DNA from: Trichosphaerium sp. ATCC 40318
Lineage: Eukaryota; Protista; Tubulinea
Direction of reading: 5' to 3'
DNA: 52,897 bases
NCBI GenBank assembly: GCA_038496445.1
Contig: JALMLS010000449.1
Location: 1 to 52,897, forward strand
Shown here piece after piece: positions 11,375 to 22,553 of the stretch. The notes under the pieces are model-generated. The model worked only from the letters and a program-made list of their open reading frames with translations, did no database searches and was not told where the DNA came from. Each line of letters starts with the position of its first letter. Position 1 is the stretch's first letter. Both the position numbers and the translations under genes were made by a program.

Positions 11375-13308
11375 GAGAACTTTTTGCTAAGTAGTTGAAA
11401 ACTAAAAAAAAATTCGTTGTGGTTCACAAATGTTCGCTAGCAACTTCATATTACAAGTAGACACAGTGCTTTTAAACGTACTACAAATGTACTAGTAACC
11501 AAAAACTATCACATGGCTGCAAATTCGTAAAAAACTGAAAAATGTGCTTTTTTTGATAATTTTCATTCGAATGGTAAACAGTTTCTGAAAGCTGAAGTCA
11601 CTTTTCAATGGTGTCTTACTATACACACAGTATCATACATTGTGTCACGAAACTCCTGGGTTCAACTACAGATTTCAACGTAAAATATGGCAGACCACAG
11701 GACATGCACTATTTTTTTTACTTTCGCTCCAGATATTTTCGGATTTTGACGGATATCGCCGACTTTACACGTTTTTTTCCGGATACTCTGTTCACTATTG
11801 TCATGTGACCAAGGTCCTACAGGTGGGTACCTAATGTGACGTACAATACAAATTGCTTATGCATTCAGTGACATACAAACAGCTTTGAGAAACTTGCACT
11901 CTTCCATGAAACAGTACCTTGAAGATGGTACGAATTGAGGTGCTCAACACAACTTCTTTATTGTTATGGCATGAACATTAGCTCATCTTAGTTTGGGTAC
12001 ACTCCCTTTCAGAAACAGAGGGGCATTATGTACTGTTCACAGCCTGTACATGCTCCATCTAAAAAAGGTATCCTTCTGCAATTGTAAATTGCTTTGTTTT
12101 CAGAATCATTGAAACAACACAATCAGCACAGACTGCCACAAAGAGAATATACACAGATCCCAGAGGTGTAATAATCCCCTCAACAAGATTAATTCAAACG
12201 ACAAACCATTGGAGGAATGCAACGAATCTGTAAGTACAAAGCAATTGCCAATTGCTATTGTCAAATTTTTTTATCTGTTTTGTAATTTCAGTATGCAATT
12301 TTCACGGCATGGACATGTTTACTTTTTACATATTAATTCCTATGATTGCTTTTGGCGTACAATTAGCAATTGTTCCTTAAACTGACTCATTGCAAGTGTC
12401 ACTTGACACTTGGTGTCAACAATTGTCAATTGCATAAACAGGGAGATAAGCACACTTCCTCCTGTTCCTACGAGCCATAAAACAAGTGTGCTCAAAGAAT
12501 GTGGAAACAAATGAGCATTAAAAACATTGTACAGCTCCTTCAATCTACACCACCAAAGGTACATGCTTCAATTTTCAAGTACCAAGTTTCTCTAAGGTAA
12601 GGCAATTTCCAGTTGCCCAACCTCATTGACATCAATGCCATTAGGTACAGCTTTGACACTAAGCAAGGTGAGTGCACCATATTGCCAGCAGCTTTCACCA
12701 AACAAGGAAAAAACACCAATTGCCCTTAGTATAATTCATCTCGTTATCCGGAAAAACAAGGAAAATTCCGACACACAACCGTCAAAAGCCGAAAATATCG
12801 GAGCAAAAATAAAAAAAATAGTGCATGTCCACAACCGCCTGTTTCTAAGGCAACGGAAATACATTTCCCTATATCTAGAAAGGGTGGTACCAAAGTTTCA
12901 AAACAGGCCTTGCTGGTCTACCCAATCTTTACACGAAACAAAATAAAAACGTTTTTGGTAAGATACAAATACGCACCAAACTTTAGGACATGCGATTCTA
13001 TGCGTAGAAAAGAACAACAAGAAGAACTTACCTCGTTTATTCCAATTAGTCGTATCCACAGCACTCAAATATGTATATTAAATCCACTACAACCTATTTA
13101 GTACTATAGTGACCTGCAAGAGTAAACAAGTGGTAGTGGTTCACGAAAAGTACGTTTTACAGTTTTTTAACGCAAAAATGTGTCAACAAAGTTCTTGAAT
13201 TAATTTCGCAGCTAAAAGCAATTATTGTACACTCTAAGTTTGCTCAATGTGTTCTAAACGTATTATACATGCAGGCTATACTTATCAACTACTTAGCAAA
13301 AAGTTCTC
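11375..13308. mobile_element. non-autonomous Mutator-like element with long imperfect TIRs
   Basis: GAGAACTTTTTGCTAAGTAGTTGA at 11375 and its exact reverse complement ending at 13308; weaker similarity continues inward. Flanks AAGCAACAA / AAGTAACTA match at 7/9, consistent with a decayed 9-bp TSD. Confidence 0.6.
11700..12830. mobile_element. nested TIR element (GGACATGCAC termini)
   Basis: About 85-bp imperfect inverted repeats GGACATGCACTATTTTTTT..GATATTTTCGG..TTTGACGG at both ends; ACA on both flanks (possible 3-bp TSD). Confidence 0.65.
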
Positions 13309-13768
13309 AAGTAACTAAGTGGTACCTGTGAATTCTCTATTTAACTTAGCTACCATGTAAAAACTACATCAGTCTTTAGTACTAAGAAAATTTATTGCAT
13401 TTCTGTTTGTTACATTCTTTTCATACTCATATCGGTGTGGTGAATGATGCATTACAAATGAGTAGATGTAACTGAACTTCTTGTTGATTGTGAATCTTGA
13501 GACAGTAGCTGTGGTAAGCGTTCCTTTGTACTATTGTCAACAAACACAAAGGAAAGCGAATAGGAAGTAGGAGTGGTTCTGTTAACCAGCCTCAACCCGA
13601 TGGAGTGCGTTGCTTTTATCATAACAATGAACCATTATCTTCGTATGCCTTTCAAGTTCACTGACTTTTCGTTGAAGAGACTTCTAGTCTTCCAAAGGTT
13701 TTGTTGACCTTTGTGTAGCTTCATAAACAAGAAATGTTGCAACTGAGCGAGCGTGTCTTTTGTCTTCA

Positions 13769-15602
13769 CTATATTGACGATGGCGACATGCAAGCCATGC
13801 CTACAGATCCCTGTGGTGTACTGTCATGTTCGAGCGAGTATTTCTGATTGTCAATTAAATCTTTGAGGGAAGAAATACTTCCCGACCACCAATACGGTAT
13901 AGATATTAGTTGTATACCTAAAAGATAGTTAGATATTTTTAACAACTTCTCACAAAGGTGTGGACTTACCAGCATCTTGGCATATTGTTTTCTTCTCAAT
14001 ATCGCTCGCTTTCCATGATAAAGTAGGAGGGGAGAAAGGTAAGACATCATTGTAATGTTGCTCTCCTGTTGGAAAGCTTTGAGAAAAAAGACAAAAAACA
14101 AAGAAAGCGGTTACAACTCTAGACCTAAGATGTCACATCTTGACATTCTAATATCTGATAGTGATGGTTTTTAGGGCCTCCTCAGTGTGTAACACATGGA
14201 AAAAGAAAAAATACAACGAAAACTGTGGCGTGAATGTCATTCCTGCTCTTTCTAGTACCTTGATATTCGAACGCAATATTCAGTGAAGATATAAATACGT
14301 CAAGTCGTATCTCTCCTCCAGTAGTATCTCTGTATCCTATGACATGTTCTTCTTTCATATGTGTGCCCGGAAAGACCTGTAAAAGACACTGCAGAAGCCG
14401 TCTGTTAAGTAAATTCTGTTAGCATAAAAATGCCAGGTTGATTTGAAACAACAAAGCGTACTGTTGTTTTGCCTTTTTCAAGTAAAATGAAAAATGCGGC
14501 CAATGCCATAGTATATTAGGATACATCTTTGAGAGAACATATGGAAAATAACGAAGCAAACTCTTGCCTCCAAGACTGATTATTTGACATTGTGAAATAC
14601 GATACCTAGAAAGTTTATTAAAAAAGACAAGAAGATCATGTCACGTGATGTAAGATTAATATCGACATACAATATTATTCAATTAATGAATTACTATTAT
14701 ATCTACAAAAATGTACCCGTACCATTCTTCTGGTTTAGTCAGGTTAAGTAGGTTCTGTGCATTCACAAAAAAATCTAGAACGTTTTTTTTATCTTTCCAA
14801 AATCCAGAACGCTTTTGTGTTGTGTATCTAACGACTCTGTTAACAAAAAGTATCTATTTTACTTCATTACTCACTTGCATAACCTGTCAACATCCCAAGC
14901 ATATTTTGGGTAAACGGATTGTAAAGCCTTTGATAAAGAGTTGTTGTACCTGTCACGGACATTAGGGGTTTTTTCCTTGTTTTTTCTTAAAAGTTTGACA
15001 CTTTCTCATTGCACATAAAACGTACTTGCTACTTATCATACCACCACCACCACATCTGTGTATTGTATCAATGTTTACATTGTACCAATCATCCATTATT
15101 GTGATAGATAGACGAGCACCAATCTAAGAACGTCTTTTTTTAGCTCCTTGACTTAAAGTACGTTTTACCTCCTCCAATAATTGTTTTTGGTTGTTTGCAT
15201 CGTCCCAGTACCCTTTAGATGTACGCCTACGCGCGTGGGTGAGTATTGCATTGAGTTTTGTATGAGCCGTTTAGCGTATTACCAAAAACTTGATTCATTC
15301 CATTTATGGTTGTAGTATATAGCTTTTAACGCATTGTATAGTGACCAGTTATAGCTAGAGCGCTGTTAGGACACTTTTACCAAAAAACAACTCAACTGTG
15401 TTGAAATAACAGATAAAGCACCAAGGTTGCTGCACATCCTTCTAGTGACGTTGTACCAACCATCTAAATCTTTAATACCGAGTTCTTTGCCAATAGCATC
15501 AAATGTCACCCTTTGGTTATGCGGGTTGTCCCAATACCCTTTTGGTCTGCCTCTTGGCTTTATTTTTAAGCGTGGCCGTTTTAAAACGCGGTACATCCTC
15601 AT
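13769..15602 (-). CDS. Trp-rich helical repeat protein with C-terminal RAP-like PD-(D/E)xK nuclease domain, multi-exon
   Basis: N-terminal repeats RPKGYWDNPHNQRVTFDAIGKELGIKDLDGWYNVT and SKGYWDDANNQKQLL..ITNMDDWYNV. Spliced C-terminus EIRLDVFISSLNIAFEYQG|EQHY..DIEKKTICQDAG|IQLISIPYWW. The 3' end is uncertain. Confidence 0.75.
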
Positions 15603-15827
15603 TGGTCGCGTAATTTTACTCGTAGCAACGGCTTGTTGGCGTTATTAAACTTGTGACTGAAAGTCAAAAAAAGCCGGAAGCAAGTTTGCTCAACGAAATA
15701 ATCTGTATGATGTGTCGTGTACACTAACAAGATAGACGGAACAAACACGCTCTAAAATGTCCTCTATCGTGAAGGCACTAGCGATGCTAGTTTGTGTCGC
15801 TTTCTTCTTTGCGCACGTGCGAATAAG

Positions 15828-15888
15828 GTCATTGAATATTAACACGTGTTCGCTAACAGTATTCTTTGCAAATACAAAACCCACAGCT
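15828..15888 (+). promoter_or_regulatory. 61-bp upstream element, second copy
   Basis: 58/61 identical to the reverse complement of 10063-10123; ends 142 nt upstream of ATG 16030. Confidence 0.6.
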
Positions 15889-16029
15889 GAGCATGGGCTA
15901 AGGTAACTCGACTTTTATTAAGTCATTTGAACGTTAAACATCGCACCAAAAAAAAGTCTACAAAACTTAGAAACGTCCGAAGCGCTACATACGTACAATA
16001 TCACATACGATAAACCCTGGACGAAAAAC

Positions 16030-17758
16030 ATGAGTACTATTGGAGTGCCGGTTAACCGAATTAAAAACCTACCAGATGACATGCTAGCGCTAGTGTTATT
16101 CATTTTCAGCGATCCAGTAATCGTTCCAATATTAATGAAGCGAACTTGCCGTCTATTCCGTGATTTTGTTCAACGTCTCCCTGACGCATTCTACATCTCT
16201 CTATGTAAGCGTCTATCGCTTCATTACATGTTTCCTCTCTACAAAAAACAAACAATACGCGATTTCTGGTTTGACTACATCCCAGTATACTTGAAGTACA
16301 CAAAATATCATCCAGAGAACTTTGCAATAGACTGCGAAGCCTTTAAAAAGGTTGTAACTAAAATCGGCGATAGAATGAAAACTGACGTCGTTTGGCCCAC
16401 AGAAACCTTACTATTACTCCAGACAACTGCTGAAGCATACTTAACAAAGAGATTTTCTTGGTTTTCCGAAACAGCAGAACGTGTCAAAGATCACGTGGAT
16501 GTCAACAAGTTGACACTTCAAAAGACAAAAATGATACGTGAAGATGTACCTTATGGCCCTCACCGTATATTTAACTGGTTGAGCGATGAGAGATTTGCTA
16601 GTGTGTTTGGCGTTGAGTATAATGAAGAGATTGCAAAAGAAGATGAGGATTACGTCTGTAGCGACCAAGAGGAGCTCGAAAACGAACCTTTTGTTGTAGC
16701 TCCTTATGGTGATTTTTATGACGAAGTAGAAGATGGTAAATGGAGACTTAATATGGATAAGTTGGATAATATTACAGGACTTGTTCACCATAAACCAAGG
16801 CTTCTATCAAACAAAAGAATTAAAGCACTAGAAAAGCTTCACGGGAAGAGTTTTTACAATAACACAGATGCGTTAGGTATGACACCAATGCATGTTGTAG
16901 CAGAGCAAGCAGAACTAAGACGATATTGATCCATACCATGTTAGGGCGTATAGTCTACTTGAGTCACAGCATAATAACAATCAACAGGATATGCTTGGTA
17001 AAACAATACCTATGTATATGGGTGAGAAACTAATAGACGCAACTACATGGCATGGTGAAGAGCTTCAGGATGTATATGATATTAATATAAGAGATAATAG
17101 AGGATGGTCTTTTTTACATCATAATCCTGTCTCTAAGGAAATAGCTACTGGTCTACATCTATTTGATATTCATCTATTCTGGATGTGGTTTGTTGGAGGA
17201 AAGTATGATTTACTACTTGATGAGGATGTTATTCCTTGTTGGGGAAAACTCGATATTTTTAAACAAGATGTTGATGGACGTACTATCGCTTTCAAGCTCT
17301 CTGAAGTTGATAAAGAGTTTCATACAAGTGGGTACGGTGATTTCACACAACTCATTTGTATGCATGAATGTTTTGTACCTAATCATCAAGATATCCTTGG
17401 TGATACTGCACTTATTGTTGCTTGTAAGGTTTATAATCCTCACATGATTTTTACGCTTATTTTCTATGGTGCTGATCCTTTGATAAAGAATAATCAAGGA
17501 ATGACAGCTCTTGATTATATTAAAGATTGGCAACAATGTGATCCTTCTCAGATAGAAGATGCTATGTGTGATGGTGATGAAGAGATTGATAATGAGATTA
17601 TTGCGGCACTGAAGACATGTATTGTTCCAAAATCTGCTGTTATAAGAATGGCAGCAAGCGATTGTCTTGCTCTTTGTGGAGAACCTTGGAGACATGAAGC
17701 TATGAAATACATGGAAGTTGATATACTGAAAGAAAAGTTTCAGAAAATTGATTCTTGA
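16030..17758 (+). CDS. F-box + histone H3-like fold + ankyrin-repeat protein, intronless, split by a 1-nt frameshift near 16917
   Basis: IKNLPDDMLALVLF..MKRTCRLFR (F-box); H3-like segment 16294-16548; ankyrin-like DALGMTPMHVVAE and DILGDTALIVAC..GADPLIKNNQGMTALDY. The second ORF's frame is open back to 16919, so deleting one A from GAACTAAGAC fuses the two ORFs. Confidence 0.75.
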
Positions 17759-18405
17759 GGACAGTTGTATATATGACACAGAACACAGTAGCTGTCTGGT
17801 CACCAGCATAAAAATAAAAATATTACACCAAGTACTATTCAAGAGTCTCATATTTACTTATTGCCACAGTGAAGACGCCAAAGGGCCACACATCTTATTT
17901 TTTCTGAGAGTGTAGTTGCTTGCCATCTCTGGCTTTTGTATTCTCTTTCAAAGTGAACAAAAGTTCTATTGGTACAATACAGAATAGTGCTTTTCCGACT
18001 TAGCTACTATTTAACAGTAGTCTCGTGTTCCTATTGTTTTACAATAGTACGCTACTCGTTGTGTATACACTTTGACCGGATGTGTTCATGAACTTCATTG
18101 TCAACAATAATGATGCCAATGTATACTCATGCGTGACGGAAGGGTAACTTTAGTAGGTCCTTCATGTAGAGCAATTTACACATATGCGACAAAGGTGCTT
18201 GCAATCGTAAATACGAAAAGCGTGACTAAAGGTAGCAGTTTTGCCTACTTGGAGAAAACCATGTATGTACGAAGTTTGTACGAATTTTGCCATTCATGTT
18301 TATTAATAAACAAAGCCCTTAAAACCTGTAACAGTTTTAGACCCTTTGTGCAAAGAACTGTGTTAAAGCAAAGAACAATTAGTGTACCACAAGTAGTTGC
18401 AAAAA

Positions 18406-18675
18406 AGATATGTCAGGGTTCGTAAAGCGGTCCTACGACGGCCTACCGGGCAACCCTTCGACAGAATATCAATCTTGCCGGAACACTGTTACCAGTAGTC
18501 GTGAGACAAATGGTGGGTAGCTAAACCGGTGTACAGGAGACGAGCTGAGCCGCCGTTAGTCGTTATAACATTTAGTCCGTTAGGCCCGTACTCCCCGGCA
18601 CGTGAGAACTTTGTTGGGGCCAGATTTTACCGGGGTCTAAACCGTACGCTCAGCTAAGCCAATCTCCTTGATATT
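18406..18675 (+). ncRNA. candidate structured ncRNA, about 270 nt, family not recognised
   Basis: Stems TGTCAGGGTT/AACCCTTCGACA, AGGAGA..AGCTGAGC/GCTCAGCT..TCTCCT, CCCCGGCA/TGTTGGGG and AGATTTT/GGGGTCT, plus a GTC-GTGA-GAC GNRA tetraloop. G-U pairs consistently favour the + strand; no ORF. Confidence 0.5.
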
Positions 18676-19331
18676 TGTTCTCAACGATTATCCTTATAAA
18701 CACGTACAATCATCCAAAAAATAAATTATGGGATACAGTTCAATGAAATGTCTATTTCAATTACTCAAATATGGATAATGCGCTTTTCAAACACGCATAA
18801 GCCCTTGCGGTAGCTACTTACTTAGATAAAACGGTATCAACGATGTTTTGGTTCGAAAAATGTGCAAGCGAAGTGATTAATTCTTTCTGCTTGTGTACTC
18901 AACTATAGGTGCTAATGGCCTTAGCTCGTTCGTTTGTACAGCAAAAAGGGAATATGAGAGGATATTCTTTGAACTGAATCGCTTTGAAAGTAGAAAACAA
19001 CGATACGAACTTGTGAGGCGAACTGGTTTTTTTTTCCTTTTTCACTAAAAGATGTCGTTTCATTTGTACGTGGTCGTTGAGGCTTTTTACGGAATCACCT
19101 GCCATGCCTTACAACGAACGAAATAGTATTCGCAATTGGTTTAGAAGTGCAATCAGTACCTTATCAGTGCGGTATAAACATATGCCAGGCTGTTGCAACA
19201 AGTTTTTAGCAAAAACCGATGAAAACTCCTCATGAAACTATCCAATGGCCCAACGGCCTTAATCGCATATAATATGCACCGTTCAGTTCTACGACGAAAG
19301 GGTTTTATATTTTATCAACAGGTAACTCAAG

Positions 19332-20002
19332 TTAGCCAAATGTGAGAAGCTTAATCGCCTTTAACGGTCGTCCTGTACCAGTAAATACCTACAGTAAGGG
19401 CTCTTTTATGAGAAAGGTTGTGATGCTGTAAGCTTAGTTTGATATCACGTATTGTAAGTACTTGCTTTTTTGCGATGTAAACAGACACCGCAAGCGTATA
19501 CGCCATCAACCGAACTAGTTTTATTGTATATTCGCGTTTGTGCTTTGACACGTACTGCCAACAAAATTAAAACTACCACGCGGATCAACAAGGCCAAAGA
19601 CCTTTTAGGAACAAATAAAACTAAAAATAAACCAGGAGTCAGGGTTTTTAAAAGCAATAGTGAACAATAGTGGCTTTTAGAGCTGTAGATGTTATAGCAT
19701 ATATAACGATACGAAGTAGTGTTGTTTCGTCATAGGAGTCTTGCCTAATGTGGGTTCTTGTCCAAGAAAACCTGAAAATGAAAAGAAATAGTCGCTGATG
19801 ATGTAATAATATTCTTTAGCGGTTTTATACGCGTAGTGATAAAGTTGGTCGTTTTTAGAAGGTGCAATTGGGAAGTTCTAACCCAGAAAGTCGAGATGTT
19901 ATGTAATTATTTCTTTTTACTTTTCAACGTTCTGTACAGCGTTTTTTTCACTAGTGTATGACGCTATGAGTATTTGTAGTTTTACTAGAACAATGTTGAC
20001 AT
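19332..20002 (-). CDS. small (~100 aa) 7-exon protein with one hydrophobic segment
   Basis: Six GT..AG introns splice into one continuous frame: MSTLFYEKNAVQNVEKTSQLHLLKTTNFITTRFLGQEPTLGKTPMTKQHYFVFGLVDPRGSFNFVGIRLMAYTLAVSVYIAKKQVFTGTGRPLKAIKLLTFG*. Divergent from the kinase gene. Confidence 0.65.
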
Positions 20003-20161
20003 TCGCTTTTTCTGGGCGTTATATTCATACCTTTAAAACACAAAAATACGCAACGTTCGTTCAACCAAACTACGTTACTTGTTTAACTAAGGGAGAATTG
20101 GCTGCACATAGATTTTTTGTATAATACCTTGTGCTGGAGTGTTCCTCTGCTTATATAAAAG

Positions 20162-22169
20162 ATGACCACGCCTAAACCAGCTATGAGAGTCCCAGAAGAG
20201 GAGGAAGACATTTTTACTGACCGCGATCTGATAAACGACAGATACGAAGTGGTGAAGCGTTTGGGCAAAGGAGGCTATGGTAATACTTTTAGCTACATGT
20301 AGCGTTTTTATTAGGCCTTTTCTTGCCTGTACAGCGATCTTTTTAATTGGTTGTAATTGTTTGTGAAGGTGAAATTTACCAAGCACGAGATGTTACAAAT
20401 GGCCAACTTGTTGCGGTCAAAGTGGAACGCGTAACCAAACCCGGCAATTTGTTGGAGGAAGAAAAAATTCTGCGATCCCTGAACGGTAAGTACCCCTTTA
20501 TATATTAATGGGGAGCGCAAATTCGTAAACAACAAAAACTAAAACTAAAACGCGTTCGTTTGTATTTTTTTTTCGTTTTGCATTTGGACTTTGGGCTCAT
20601 GTGTTGGTTTAGAACGCGGAGCACACTACGTTCCTCGATTGATCAGTTCAGGCCGCCACAACGACATGGTGAACTTTATCGTCATGGAGCTTCTTGGCGA
20701 AAATTTATCCGTATTACGGTTCGTTTGAGCGTATATGGATGCCCTCAGTGTGACTTGTTGTTTAGGAGACGACAACCAACACATAAATTCTCCAAACTCA
20801 CCACAATGGCTCTTGGTTTGCAAATGCTGCGTGCAATAAAAGAAGTACACGATTTGGGTTATATTCACAGAGATATTAAGCCCGTACGATGATTCAAAGG
20901 CGATTTTTTGGTTTTTTTTTGTTTTTTCGGTTTTCCCCACCTGCTTTTTAACTATTTGTCCTCAATCACTCATATTCTCTACAGGGCAATTTTGTTATGG
21001 GTTCTGCTGCAACTGATACAGAGCGTACTGTAATGTTAATCGATTTTGGTCTTTCAAGACGTCATTTCCGCCCAGAGGGTGGTGTACGACCTGTACGTTT
21101 GTTTTTTTATTATATTTTTAGAAGTATGATGATGCAAAACTTTATTTTTGGGCGTTTTTGGCGTTCAGAAAGTAAAAGCTTACTTTGATGTTTAGAAGCG
21201 AAAGTGTGCCCGTTGGGTGGGCAGTCGCCGTTATATGTCGATAAATACTCACCAACGTAAAGACCAAGGGCGTCGCGATGACTTATGGTCTCTTCTTTAC
21301 GTTTTTATCGAATTTTACACCGCAACTCTTCCTTGGGCGCATTTACGTGGTATTCAGAACCTGGTACGTTGTAGTTTGATTTTTTTCTTCTGGATAGTAG
21401 GCCTTCTAGAAGGTTTTGTTTTTTTTGTTCGAAAAATAGTGTTGACGCCATTAAAGGATAATGTCCGGGATATGAAAATTCAGTATAATAATGAAAAACT
21501 TGTAAAGAACTGTCCTGAAGAGTTCTTAAAGTTTATGAATCACATTAAAGAGCTCCGGTATGAAGACCGTCCTGACTATGATTATTTGATGAATCTTCTT
21601 TCGAAACTGTTCGATGATGATGGTGGTACGTTGTTTGTAGCTGTGCAATCAGTTTTTATTGTACTGGATTTATGTTGGTTCTCTTTATACTCATGCTTTG
21701 TTGTTTAGGTGACGAATCATTTAAATTTGACTGGGAACAACCAGAGCCTAGAAAGGACGAGGATAGCATGGATTATGATCCTGGTAGACGGTACGCTGAT
21801 AGGTTTTTTTTTATTTTAATTTAATTTGCGTATTTCACTGTGCTAAATACTTTTCTAGACCTGAGGTACGCACTGGAGGGAAGGACTCTGGTAGTATTGA
21901 AGAAAAGGATAAGCGTAGAACGCTTCATCCTTCAGGCAATGAACGTGTACTCACAAACAAATTGGTAAGGGATTTTTTTTATGGCATTTGAGAAACTTTT
22001 ATTTTAACACGTGTACCACCTGACACGTGTAATTTTTGAACAAAAAAGAAACCTCGCGTATACTCTTTTCATGTTCTTATGATTTATTCTTTAGCCCGAA
22101 GACAGCGATCCTAGAAATCGTAAAAAGAAGAAGAGGAAAGGCTGGAAGAAAAAATGTACCATAATGTAA
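20162..22169 (+). CDS. CK1-group (tau-tubulin kinase-like) Ser/Thr kinase with C-terminal CAAX, multi-exon
   Basis: LGKGGYGEIY, VAVKVE, VMELLGENLS, GYIHRDIKPGNF, LIDFGLSR, GSRRYMSINTH (SIN replacing APE, typical of the CK1 group), QGRRDDLWSLLY. Ends KKKKRKGWKKKCTIM*. Confidence 0.9.
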
Positions 22170-22553
22170 ATTTTATCCGCGACTTGTATTTATTACGCAC
22201 TATTATGACAATATAAACAAATACAAGAGACGTTACATCTAATAATACAAGGGTTGTTGGGTTTTTTATTCCCAAAGGAAAAAGAGGAATGGCGTAAAGT
22301 GGGCTAGAAAGACTGTTCCTTTTTCGCTCTTATGAGTGTATCTTGTCCATCTCGTGATGATTGCCGTTAAATCACTGAAACGCTGTCACTAGCCTCAAAC
22401 GATTACATTCTCAGGTCACGTTCTGTTGTCGCTACACGGTGGGTACCTCGCGTATTGGTTTGCAATTAGGAGAGTAACTTAGCTGTTTGAACTATAACTA
22501 GCTTATACAGTTAGATAGCAACTAAGTTGTAAACCAAGGCTCCGTTGATATAA

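Noticed and set aside
17213-17851. 212-aa antisense ORF and the many short antisense ORFs over the LRR, LINE and DIRS genes
   Set aside because: Shadow frames of real coding sequence with no motifs.
19351-19551. Track ORF resembling histone H4 (IAKKQVLTIRDIKLSLQHH versus HAKRKTVTAMDVVYALKRQ)
   Set aside because: The H4-like residues come from reading through an intron (GTACTTAC..CTGTAG) of the 7-exon gene.
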